Made by a program: the position numbers and the translations under genes
Assembly (NCBI GenBank): GCA_000175855.1
Contig: ACYB01000007.1
Span: forward strand, 1 to 32,000
Origin: Raphidiopsis brookii D9
GTDB lineage: Bacteria; Cyanobacteriota; Cyanobacteriia; Cyanobacteriales; Nostocaceae
Direction: 5' to 3'
Length of the DNA stretch: 32,000 nucleotides
Shown here: piece after piece, positions 19,937 to 28,601 of the stretch
Layout of the letters: each line of letters begins with the position of its first letter
Numbering within the stretch: the stretch's first letter is position 1
The notes under the pieces: model-generated
Told to the model about the DNA's origin: nothing
What the model saw: the letters and a program-made list of their open reading frames with translations, nothing else
Databases searched by the model: none

Positions 19937-21971
19937 TTACCAAAAATATCCTTCTTTGATACTTGTTTCTCTTTTTCCTGAATCATACTCTAAAACATAT
20001 TCTCGTGCGATCGCCTGATGTTCTCTGAGTATTGCTATTTCTTTCCTGGCTATTTCTGTATCTGTGGATAGTAAAATTACCTGATGGCTTGCTGTGGGGA
20101 AATATCTTTCCAATAGGTTATTTCTATGGGATGAGTCTAATCTTCCTAGGGGGGTGTCAATTGCCACGGGTAGTTGTTTTCCGGACACTTTTGCTAAACC
20201 CCATAAAAAGGCGATCGCCAAAAGTTGTTTTTCTCCTGCGGATAGTCTATGTTTAGGGACTAGTTTACCGTGGAGATCATACAATGAGAGTTGGAAACTT
20301 TTAGAATCAATTCCCACTCTATAGACCAAATCTGATTTATGTAGTAAATACAAAAAACAGTTTTTTACTTCCTCTTCTAATTTATTTAATTTCCTTAAAG
20401 TTAGTTTTTCTTTAAACAACTTTAAATTTTCTTGTACTCGATGGACTGAATCAATCAAATGTTGATTACTTCGATATTTAAGATTTTTGTTGGTATAACT
20501 ATTCAACTCTTTTTTAGTTTTATCAATGGTGGTAGTTAAATTGATGAACTGGCGATTGAGTATTTCCAGATTGGTATTTGCTCGACTCCATTCTTTTTCA
20601 GCCAGTTCTCGGATTTTTTGTAGTTTGATGTATGCTTCTGGTGGAGCAGCAGCTTGAATTTGCCTATCTAGACTGACAATTAATTCTAGACAATTGCGCA
20701 GTTCTAGCAGGAGGTTTTTGGCATTATTTTGGACTGTTGGCAAGCTATAGACCAGACGGTCTAAAGAAGTCAAAGTTTCCTCGTCTGCATGCAAGAAACA
20801 CTCTTGATAATTATTGGCTTTCACTGGTTCACTATCATATAATTTAGTAGATAAATCTACATATAAACTATCAATATCTTGAACCAGGAAATTTTCAATA
20901 CTGGTGATTGTTTCCAGTTCTAGATTCAATTGATTAAGGAAGGAAAGCAATCTTTTATCTCTGGTGGTTAAAATATCTCTAGCCACTTGATTTTGTAACT
21001 GTATTTGTTTAAGTCTTAACTCTTTTTGACCCTGGAGCTGAACTTGAGATAATAAATTACTAATTAACTGTAAAGGTAAAACACCGTCAGCCAATTGGCA
21101 CAAAGTTTTCCGGAGATTTTCCACCTTGCCAACCTGAGTTTCCCTCTCCCTATCCAGTTGACTGCGTTCCCCAGCAATTTTGCCACCTTCTGATATATAC
21201 TTATTTAGGGCTTCCTCATATTTAAACTTTAAATTTTTTACCTTGCTCCTCTAGGTCTTGCAGCTGAGCTTTCTGAGAATTTTTTTGCTCCATTTGTTCA
21301 TGTAAACGGTTTTCCAATTCTTCCAGCTTAGCCAAATCCCGATCATCAGCATTTTCCTTTTTTTTGCGATTGACTAATATTTCCAAATCTAAGGACAATT
21401 TATCTACCAATTCCAATCCCAAGAGTCCATTAATTGCATCCACCACTATGGGAGTAGGAACTTCCTGTTCTGCTAGTTCCTTGACCTGCTCACCATCAAA
21501 TAAAAATAAATTAGAAATACCCAAGGGCAATATATTTTCTATGTATTCGTCCCAGATATTGGCTAAAGACTGGGGCCAGGTTTCGTCCTCCCCCAAAATT
21601 CCTAGGGAATCCTTACCATCCTTGGGGTTTTTTTCCCAAGTTCTCACCACCCGATACCTCACGGGTTTATCATCCTCAATGTGTTCAAAAACCAACTCGA
21701 TTCTGGTTTTATTAATCGGGTCAGCTTTGTTATTCACACACTGGGTCAGAAAGTCACCATAACTTAAATTTCCCCTGGTGGAACATTGGGCCCTTGCTCC
21801 ATATAATGCCAAGCGAATAGCATCCATCAGGGTGGTTTTTCCTCCTCCATTCATCCCCCCCAAAAGAATAATTGGACGAATGTTATTCCGATCGATTCTG
21901 GTATCCAAATTAATGACTTGCTTACCAGCATAAGGACCAAAGTTTTGCAGTACAAGTTCTAAAAAAATCAT
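19937..21971 (-). pseudogene. dndD: DNA sulfur modification protein DndD (SMC-like ATPase), interrupted by a +1 frameshift
   Basis: The N-terminal ORF 21222..21971 carries Walker A (GGMNGGGKTT). The C-terminal ORF 19937..21124 carries LSAGEKQLLAIAFLWGL and Walker B/D-loop (LPVAIDTPLGRLD). The C-terminal frame stays open upstream to about 21250 and reads VKNLKFKYEEALNKYISEGGKIAGERSQLDRERETQVGK-VENLRK. Removing one base from the T6 run at 21234-21239 (A6 on the coding strand) joins both parts into one ~675-aa DndD. Confidence 0.85.
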
Positions 21972-22029
21972 AATTCCAGCAGTTCAAAAATCAAGATAGC
22001 AAGGATCACTAATAATCTAAGAATATTCT

Positions 22030-23673
22030 CTATTCCTCTTGCTTATATTCATGCTTCCTATATTTCATGCTCGCAAAACTCAGTGGTTGCTCTAGGGGTT
22101 TTTTATCTTCAGTCTTATATTCAGTGTTATTTTCCTCCCCCACCCGTGGGATATCTAATTGTTTAAATGCCTGACGAATTGTCGCTACATTACCTTCACT
22201 AGCTGCTAGACGTAGATCTCTTTTAAAATGGGCATAATTAATAGCCTCCTGTTGGGAACGGGAACTAGTTTCAAAGCACTTTTCTAAAGTTTCAAAAATA
22301 CCTACTCGGCGGGTTTTTTTCTTGAATTGTCTTTCTGTGTCTAGTAACTTTGCCATCAACTCTAATTCCATAGAGTTACCTGCACAGATTTGTTCTAATA
22401 CCTCCCACTCATCCCCACCTAATAAACTATAATCTGCGCCAGGTCGAGAATCTTTAAATTTTTCTCCTGTCACTTGTTCATATATTTGGGGTAAACTGTC
22501 ATCAAATTCGTGTTTTTCTTCCAGCCAAATACGGCGAATTTCACTCAGTTCTTCCATGGAGATTAGGGTGATATTGGCCATGTTTTCCGGTGCATTCTCT
22601 CTCATTTCTTTTTGTGCTGTTAATAATTTCCTTAACCAGTATTCTCGCCAAGATTTTGTATATGGCCCAGGTATGGGTTCAACCGACATTTCCCCATTTT
22701 TATTCCGTTCAAATAATTGAACTTCCCCCCAAATGCGACGAAAATCTCTTTTTTCTCGGTCATTTTCAATATCTAATTCCTTCCTAAACTCAACTATTGG
22801 TTGCATCCACTCTTTTTCTTGATCATTTTGAATCATTGCACTCAGGGATACATCACGATCAACTAGGGTACAAACCCAACAACCAAAACGAGAACTACCA
22901 CAACTTGGAGTAGATGTATCAACAACCAGCGGACATTCATTATCCTCCGTTGATTGCCTATACATCACAAATAGATCCTTGTTACTGTGTCCCCAAGGAT
23001 TATCCCACTGCATCAAATATAGCCAAACTTCATCAGTCCGCCAATCTTCTATGGGACTGTAAACCAGGGAATTGGGTAAATTGCCATTGGGACTCAGGCG
23101 ATCGCGCAGTCTTTTAGCCTCCATTTTTTTCATGGTAGCAGCGCGATTTTTACTTTCGGTTTTGCGAATACCCAGAACCAGGATTGTTTCTCCACTTTCC
23201 CTAACCATATTACGAATAAAACGGTTAGATGGACTTATTTTTAGACGTTCAGTACACCAGCGGAATTTTTGACGGGGAGCAGGATATCCCTTACCAATTA
23301 GACCCACCCAATAGGTCTCCTTTGTTTCTGGTTGTAAAAGGTGAGCTTGCATGGGAACTTGCTGTTCTTGGGCAGCTTTTTTGATATTTTCATGAGAAGT
23401 GCGTACCCAAGCGGAAACGTATGGATTTTCTACGCCTGTGTCTGTCGTAATGACGTGAATAGTCTTAGCTCTTTTTTCTGGTGGTAAATTAGAAATAGCG
23501 TTCCAAATCAGTTGTAAGATTGCCGTACTGTCTTTTCCTCCAGAATAACCAACCACCCAGGGTATGTCGTCCAAACAGTATAGTTGCTGAATTTCTTTTG
23601 TAAGAACTTGAATATACTCCACCAGCTCAGCTACAGTTCGATTCGGCGGGGTTTTACTTTCTGATGTCACCAT
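22030..23673 (-). CDS. dndC: DNA phosphorothioation protein DndC (PAPS-reductase-like ATP pyrophosphatase)
   Basis: It has a PP-loop (GYSGGKDSTA) and a Cys cluster (PSCGSSRFGCWVC). The 547-aa size and its position upstream of dndD-dndE also fit. Confidence 0.9.
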   Translation of the reverse strand: MVTSESKTPPNRTVAELVEYIQVLTKEIQQLYCLDDIPWVVGYSGGKDSTAILQLIWNAISNLPPEKRAKTIHVITTDTGVENPYVSAWVRTSHENIKKAAQEQQVPMQAHLLQPETKETYWVGLIGKGYPAPRQKFRWCTERLKISPSNRFIRNMVRESGETILVLGIRKTESKNRAATMKKMEAKRLRDRLSPNGNLPNSLVYSPIEDWRTDEVWLYLMQWDNPWGHSNKDLFVMYRQSTEDNECPLVVDTSTPSCGSSRFGCWVCTLVDRDVSLSAMIQNDQEKEWMQPIVEFRKELDIENDREKRDFRRIWGEVQLFERNKNGEMSVEPIPGPYTKSWREYWLRKLLTAQKEMRENAPENMANITLISMEELSEIRRIWLEEKHEFDDSLPQIYEQVTGEKFKDSRPGADYSLLGGDEWEVLEQICAGNSMELELMAKLLDTERQFKKKTRRVGIFETLEKCFETSSRSQQEAINYAHFKRDLRLAASEGNVATIRQAFKQLDIPRVGEENNTEYKTEDKKPLEQPLSFASMKYRKHEYKQEE

Positions 23674-23678
23674 GGTTG

Positions 23679-23698
23679 TAATTGGGGATAATTGGGGA
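23679..23698. repeat. Tandem decamer (TAATTGGGGA x2; TCCCCAATTA x2 on the dndC strand) 5 nt upstream of the dndC start codon
   Basis: There are two perfect adjacent copies at 23679-23688 and 23689-23698, inside the 187-nt divergent dndC/DGQHR intergenic region. Confidence 0.6.
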
Positions 23699-23860
23699 TG
23701 ATTTTATCAATATCAGTAGGGATTCAAGTTGGGAATCTAAATCAGACTTTACAAGGCTAATTTCAAGAAAGTATTGACAATTATAGTTTCATACCAGTAT
23801 GTAGTATTTTGGCAAAATACACAACCTAATCTCCTATTAAGTTTTTAGAAAATTAACTTC

Positions 23861-25413
23861 ATGGCAAAAATACCTCAAGATAACCGTAACATTTTTCCTC
23901 AGTACCCAGTAGGTCAACCTCCCCAACTCCCATCTCAAATTATGGTTCAACAAACGAAAATGGGTAATGTTACCGCTTATCTAGGCTCAGTTACTTTAGA
24001 ATGGTTTGCAAAAAAGGTTAAGTTCGCCTCTACTTTACCAATATTGCAAAATAAATATAATCCGGTTACGGATAACATTGAAATTGACGCGGATAGTATT
24101 GAGCAGATTCAAGAGCGTTCTCTGGATTGGTCACGTCAAAGTTCATTGTTACAATATCTAGCTATACATAGAAATCATAAGTTTCCACCAGTACTAGTTG
24201 TAATCAGTCAACCCTGGGTGAATGATGAAAAATCGGACTTATGGGATGGGGAGGGTCGTGCCAAAAAAGCAACTACTGATTTTATCCCTTCAGATGCAAA
24301 TAGTCATATTGGTTTATTGAATGTAGCGGAAGAAGATACAAGTATTTATGTTTTAGATGGTCAACATAGATTAATGGGAGTTCAGGGTTTATTAGAACTG
24401 TTAGAAAATGGAAGAATAGCAAGATATAACCGAGATAAAATCCCCACTGATAGTTATATAGATCTGTCAGAGTTGGTAGACCAATATAGGATTGATGTTG
24501 ACTATCTCAAACAATTACCCCAGGAAAAATTGGCATTGAATTTATTTGCGCAGTCAATAGTGGAGAAACCTACTCAGAAGCCAAACAGAGAGTCAGATCA
24601 ATTTTTGTGCATGTGAATTTAATGGCTACCCCCTTAACTAAAGGTCAACTGATCCAATTAAATGAAGATAATGGTTTTGCAATTGTAGCCAGAAAAATAG
24701 CAGTAAGTCATCCCCTGTTAGCGCACAGAGAGAATCGGAAACCTCGGATTAACTGGAACAGCGCCACGGTAGCAGCTAACTCCACCGTATTGACCACATT
24801 ACAAGCTTTACAAGACATGTCAACTAAATATTTGGGATACAAATTTCCCCATTGGCAACCCCAAATTAAGGGATTGATTCCCATGCGTCCAGACCCTGAC
24901 CAGTTAGGGGAAGGAATGAGGGAATTTCAACAGCTATTTGACCATTTAGCTACCCTACCTAGTTATAAGATTTTAGATCATGAGGATACACCTGTTTTAC
25001 GGCGATTCAGTTTTGAAAAAGGCGGTGGTGAGGGCAATATTTTATTTCGTCCTGTGGCACAAGTTGCCTTAGCAGAAGCTTTAGGAATTTTAGTTTTTAA
25101 AAATGGACTCTTATTAGAAAACATTTTTAAAAAGTTGCAAAAATTTGATCTTCAGGGTGGTTTTAGTCAAATGGAATTTCCTAATTCTGTATGGTATGGA
25201 GTTTTATATGATCCGAATAAAAAGCGAGTTCAAGTGTCTAAAAAAGAATTGGCAGTAAAATTATTAATTTATCTATTGGGGGGAATCAAAGACCGGATGG
25301 AAATTGCACAACTACGCAAAGCACTAGCAAGTGCTAGAACCAGAGAAGATCGTGCCATGGACTTTGATGGGAACTGGGTTAGTGATCAAGAGGTAGGACT
25401 TCCATCCATATAG
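23861..25413 (+). pseudogene. DGQHR-domain (DndB-like, ParB/Srx fold) protein of about 519 aa, interrupted by a -1 frameshift
   Basis: ORF 23861..24616 contains YVLDGQHRLMGV. The frame of ORF 24607..25413 is open upstream from 24502 and there reads KIGIEFICAVNSGETYSEAKQRVRSIFVHVN (the FxxxN second motif of DGQHR proteins). Adding one A to the A5 run at 24525-24529 gives a continuous ...LKQLPQEKIGIEFICAV... protein. Confidence 0.8.
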
Positions 25414-25448
25414 CATCTATATAGGAGTTAGATTACAAGCGGGGGGGA

Positions 25449-25922
25449 CTAGGATAAAAATCTAGAGAGATCAAATTCTCCATCTTCCCCATCAATTGTT
25501 TGATGTTCACGCTGTAAAAACAATAGAATTCTCTCCGTATAATTCACGGATCCTCTGATTTGAGTCTCTAAAATCTCTAACCCCCCATTAGCATATTCTT
25601 CAAAAATTTGATTACGTTGTTTTTCTTCTTCGTCATTATTAGGTGATAAAAGTTGAATATTCTCTGTTTCTACAATTGCCAGTAATTTGATCAACACATC
25701 ATATCCTGAGGTTGCAAAAACCTCTAATCTGATGGGAGAGGGATCCCTTTTCGAGATCTCTTCAAATGGAATACGCTTCTGATATTTAATACCTAAAGCA
25801 GCAGCAAAAGCAATCACATCAGCAAAGGTTTGAAAGGGACCTTGGGATCCATCATTAGCAACTAAAGCCTTAACAAAATCTGCTTTATCTCCAGCAATTC
25901 TAATTCTACTAGTTTCAGCCAT
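25449..25922 (-). CDS. 157-aa protein of unknown function; from memory it resembles the 'dnd system-associated protein 4' family (unverified)
   Basis: This clean ORF is the last gene of the convergent trio (FQTFADVIAFAAALGIKY...IFEEYANGGLEIL). The family assignment comes from recollection only, not from a search. Confidence 0.45.
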   Translation of the reverse strand: MAETSRIRIAGDKADFVKALVANDGSQGPFQTFADVIAFAAALGIKYQKRIPFEEISKRDPSPIRLEVFATSGYDVLIKLLAIVETENIQLLSPNNDEEEKQRNQIFEEYANGGLEILETQIRGSVNYTERILLFLQREHQTIDGEDGEFDLSRFLS

Positions 25923-25994
25923 AACTAGAAAACAGTTAACTCCTTTCTACTGCTACAATTTCACTGTACTCGAAACCATTAGGACTTTGACGGG

Positions 25995-28004
25995 TTAGGT
26001 AATATTTTCCCTACCTATTTGCAAAAAGTCCTCTTCACAGTTGGGTTTAGAAGAGTAATAGGTCAGGACATATTCCTTACCAATTCGCTCCATAATTTCG
26101 GACTCAACTTCCTCTCTCCATTGGGTCTTGGTCACCAGCACTACTAACTGATTAGCCAACTTGGGAATGGTGTGTGCAATGTGACGACGAGAGTTAGCAT
26201 CTAAACTGCCAAAGGGTGAATCCATTACTATGGGGAAGGTACTACTATCGGGAACCATCATGATTTTTTTCTTTTCACTCCATTCCCTTACTTTATCAAT
26301 AATACTGGCGATAAATGATAAACTGAGAATTTGATTTTCCCCGGTGGATGCTGCAACAGGAGCTTCTATTCCAGTTGTATTCTCTACTAAGGTCAGTTCA
26401 TATTTTTCGCTAATTTTGGGAATATATGGTGTAACGGAAATTTCTGAGAATATTTCTTGCACTCGTTTCTCTAATTGCAATCTAAATTGTTTTTCTTGTC
26501 TATTTTTCACTTCAGTTAATATATCAATAGCATCTTGGGTAGCAATAATTCGACGCTGGGCCAAAATCTGTCGTCCTTCATTTTGTTTTTGCTTGGCAAT
26601 TTGTTTGACTACAAGATCAATTTCTGTATTTAAGTGAGAAATTTCTTTTTGGTTTGATCCTTGCTCCCGATTTAAATCGTCAATTCTTGCTTCTATTTCA
26701 TCCAATCTCTTTTGTAACCCGCTAATGTCTTCATTTGGGTCTTTCCTCAAAATCTCCTCAATGCTATCTAAGTTCATCTCTATATCAGAAAGTGATGTCT
26801 TCAGCTGATAAATTCTTTCTTGTTCTCGATTGATCATCTCCAAAAATAATTGAGCTTGTTTTTCCAGATCATCTATTTGCGCTCCCATTCTAATTGCAGT
26901 TTCTTCCACGGAAGAAGATCCAGTTTTTCTCAAAAGTGATTTAACGTGAAAATGTCCATTCCCTCCTTCTTTTAGTTCTGCGCCACAAATGCACCTACCA
27001 CTTTTCATCAATTCGCTGACAAATTCTCTGGAAATACCAGATTTTAATTGCCCGCGCTCTTTGAAAGCCACAATAATTTGTCTGAATTTAACTGTTGTCT
27101 CATTTAATAATAATGTGTATGCCTGTTTGGAAATAGCTCTTTTCAAACTCTCCTTGGTTTTTTTTAATTCATCATAACTGTTGCGTTTTTGACTTTCTAG
27201 ACTTTCCCTTCTTTCTTGTAAATCCCTAACCGAACTCAATTCTACCAATCTGGCACTGATATCCTTTTTAAAAACCTGTTGATTTTCTAAATCTTGAGCT
27301 ATTTCCGTTTGTCTTTGGGAAATTTTACTAATTTCTCTTTCTAGTGTACTTTCTTGTTTTAATAATTGTTTAGTTTCCGCATCCCCAATAGCTGCCAATT
27401 CACTGTCTAAAGTTTTTTTAGCCTCCTTTAAATGTTTGGTTGCCAGATCAATCACCTTAACACCTAAAAATATTTCCGTAGCTTCAGCAATTTCAGCTTT
27501 TTTATCAGAGCGGACAATTTCTTCTATTCTTTCTCCATCAAAAAAGAAGTATTGATGTAAACTTACGGGCAATATATTATTGATTATTTCCTCTGGTTGC
27601 TCAATAGGAAAATACCACTTACCATCATCCCCCACAATTTGAATTGTTAATTTAGTTTTGGTAGCATCAATAGTAGTGGGATTTTTATAAACCCGACAGT
27701 TACGTTTTGCCCGGTAGCGAACCCCTTCATGTTCCCAACCTACTTCTACCCAACATTCTACAGCTTGATCCTCTCCTACTTCTGAAATCGCACGTTTATT
27801 AACTAGCTGCTCTGTCACCGCAAAAGCAGCTGTAAATTTTTCATATAGCACCCAGGTGAATCCATTTAATAAACTGGTTTTTCCCGCACCATTATTACCA
27901 TGAATTATGGTGGTATTCTGAAACTCTCCACCTGCTATGGCAATTTCCGGTGTTTGTCCATAAAAGGAACGAAAATTACAAAATTTAATCGAAGTTAATT
28001 TCAT
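25995..28004 (-). CDS. Second DndD-like / SMC-Rad50-type ATPase (669 aa), intact
   Basis: It has Walker A (HGNNGAGKTSLLNGF), a ~400-aa coiled-coil-like E/K/Q/L-rich middle, a signature-like STGENQILSLSFIASII and Walker B/D-loop (FPIVMDSPFGSLD). The C-terminal block aligns by eye with the dndD C-terminus in this same window (DTPLGRLDSSHR vs DSPFGSLDANSR). Confidence 0.85.
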   Translation of the reverse strand: MKLTSIKFCNFRSFYGQTPEIAIAGGEFQNTTIIHGNNGAGKTSLLNGFTWVLYEKFTAAFAVTEQLVNKRAISEVGEDQAVECWVEVGWEHEGVRYRAKRNCRVYKNPTTIDATKTKLTIQIVGDDGKWYFPIEQPEEIINNILPVSLHQYFFFDGERIEEIVRSDKKAEIAEATEIFLGVKVIDLATKHLKEAKKTLDSELAAIGDAETKQLLKQESTLEREISKISQRQTEIAQDLENQQVFKKDISARLVELSSVRDLQERRESLESQKRNSYDELKKTKESLKRAISKQAYTLLLNETTVKFRQIIVAFKERGQLKSGISREFVSELMKSGRCICGAELKEGGNGHFHVKSLLRKTGSSSVEETAIRMGAQIDDLEKQAQLFLEMINREQERIYQLKTSLSDIEMNLDSIEEILRKDPNEDISGLQKRLDEIEARIDDLNREQGSNQKEISHLNTEIDLVVKQIAKQKQNEGRQILAQRRIIATQDAIDILTEVKNRQEKQFRLQLEKRVQEIFSEISVTPYIPKISEKYELTLVENTTGIEAPVAASTGENQILSLSFIASIIDKVREWSEKKKIMMVPDSSTFPIVMDSPFGSLDANSRRHIAHTIPKLANQLVVLVTKTQWREEVESEIMERIGKEYVLTYYSSKPNCEEDFLQIGRENIT

Positions 28005-28015
28005 TGCTACACTAC

Positions 28016-28204
28016 TTATTTTACCGCTTCTTTAATTATTGCTAAAATGTCCTCATTAACTGCACCCTTGCTTTTTCTGGCCAGTCGCGATTTTTCCAAT
28101 CTACACACTTTTTCTATTATCTGTTTTACTTCAGGTGATGCAGCAGTAATTGGTGCTTGCACATCCTGGATTTTTAACTCTTGAGCTTCTAGTTCTCTGT
28201 TCAT
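28016..28204 (-). CDS. Small (62-aa) protein, first gene of the ATPase trio, function unknown
   Basis: ATG at 28204 is preceded by GGGGGGA about 8 nt upstream; the track's longer start at 28237 is less likely. It ends 11 nt before the ATPase start. It appears helical and charged (EVKQIIEKVCRLEKSRLARKSKG). Confidence 0.5.
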   Translation of the reverse strand: MNRELEAQELKIQDVQAPITAASPEVKQIIEKVCRLEKSRLARKSKGAVNEDILAIIKEAVK

Positions 28205-28293
28205 GACTATTTCCCCCCAGGTTTTGCCACCTATCATACCACAATATGTGTATGGAATGATTGGTCATCTAGAATTAAAATAAAGGGAAAGGG

Positions 28294-28508
28294 ATGAGGG
28301 GGATGAGGACCATGATCCGGGAAGTTGAAATCCGAGGCTTTAAATCGCTCTCTTGTTTGTAGTTGAACGTAACAGCAATGGTCAAACAAATATTCGTCGC
28401 CTTGAGTTAACCTCGGAACTAATTCAACTCAACCAAAAGTATCCTTTATCTCGCCTTTGGCTTATGGGAAATCTTGGAGGAGTGCCAAATATGGTCACCA
28501 AAAGATGA
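28294..28508 (+). pseudogene. Deletion relic of an AAA/ABC-type ATPase gene (N-terminal ~20 codons and C-terminal ~48 codons only)
   Basis: 28294-28362 reads MRGMRTMIREVEIRGFKSLSCL*, a typical SMC/AAA_15/21 N-terminal strand just before where Walker A should be. 28362-28508, in another frame, reads VERNSNGQTNIRRLELTSELIQLNQKYPLSRLWLMGNLGGVPNMVTKR*, which resembles the C-terminus of the same kind of protein. The several hundred codons in between are absent. Confidence 0.4.
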
Positions 28509-28601
28509 CATTCTCCCCGATTTCTGCACGAAATCTCCCCTAAATATTTCCCCTAACCTTGTAATATTAATCTCACTAACATACCATAGGAATCAAAAGC
28601 A

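Noticed and set aside
19520-21762. Plus-strand ORFs 19520..19852, 20032..20256, 20094..20324 and 21364..21762
   Set aside because: They are antisense to dndE and dndD, which have clear family signatures.
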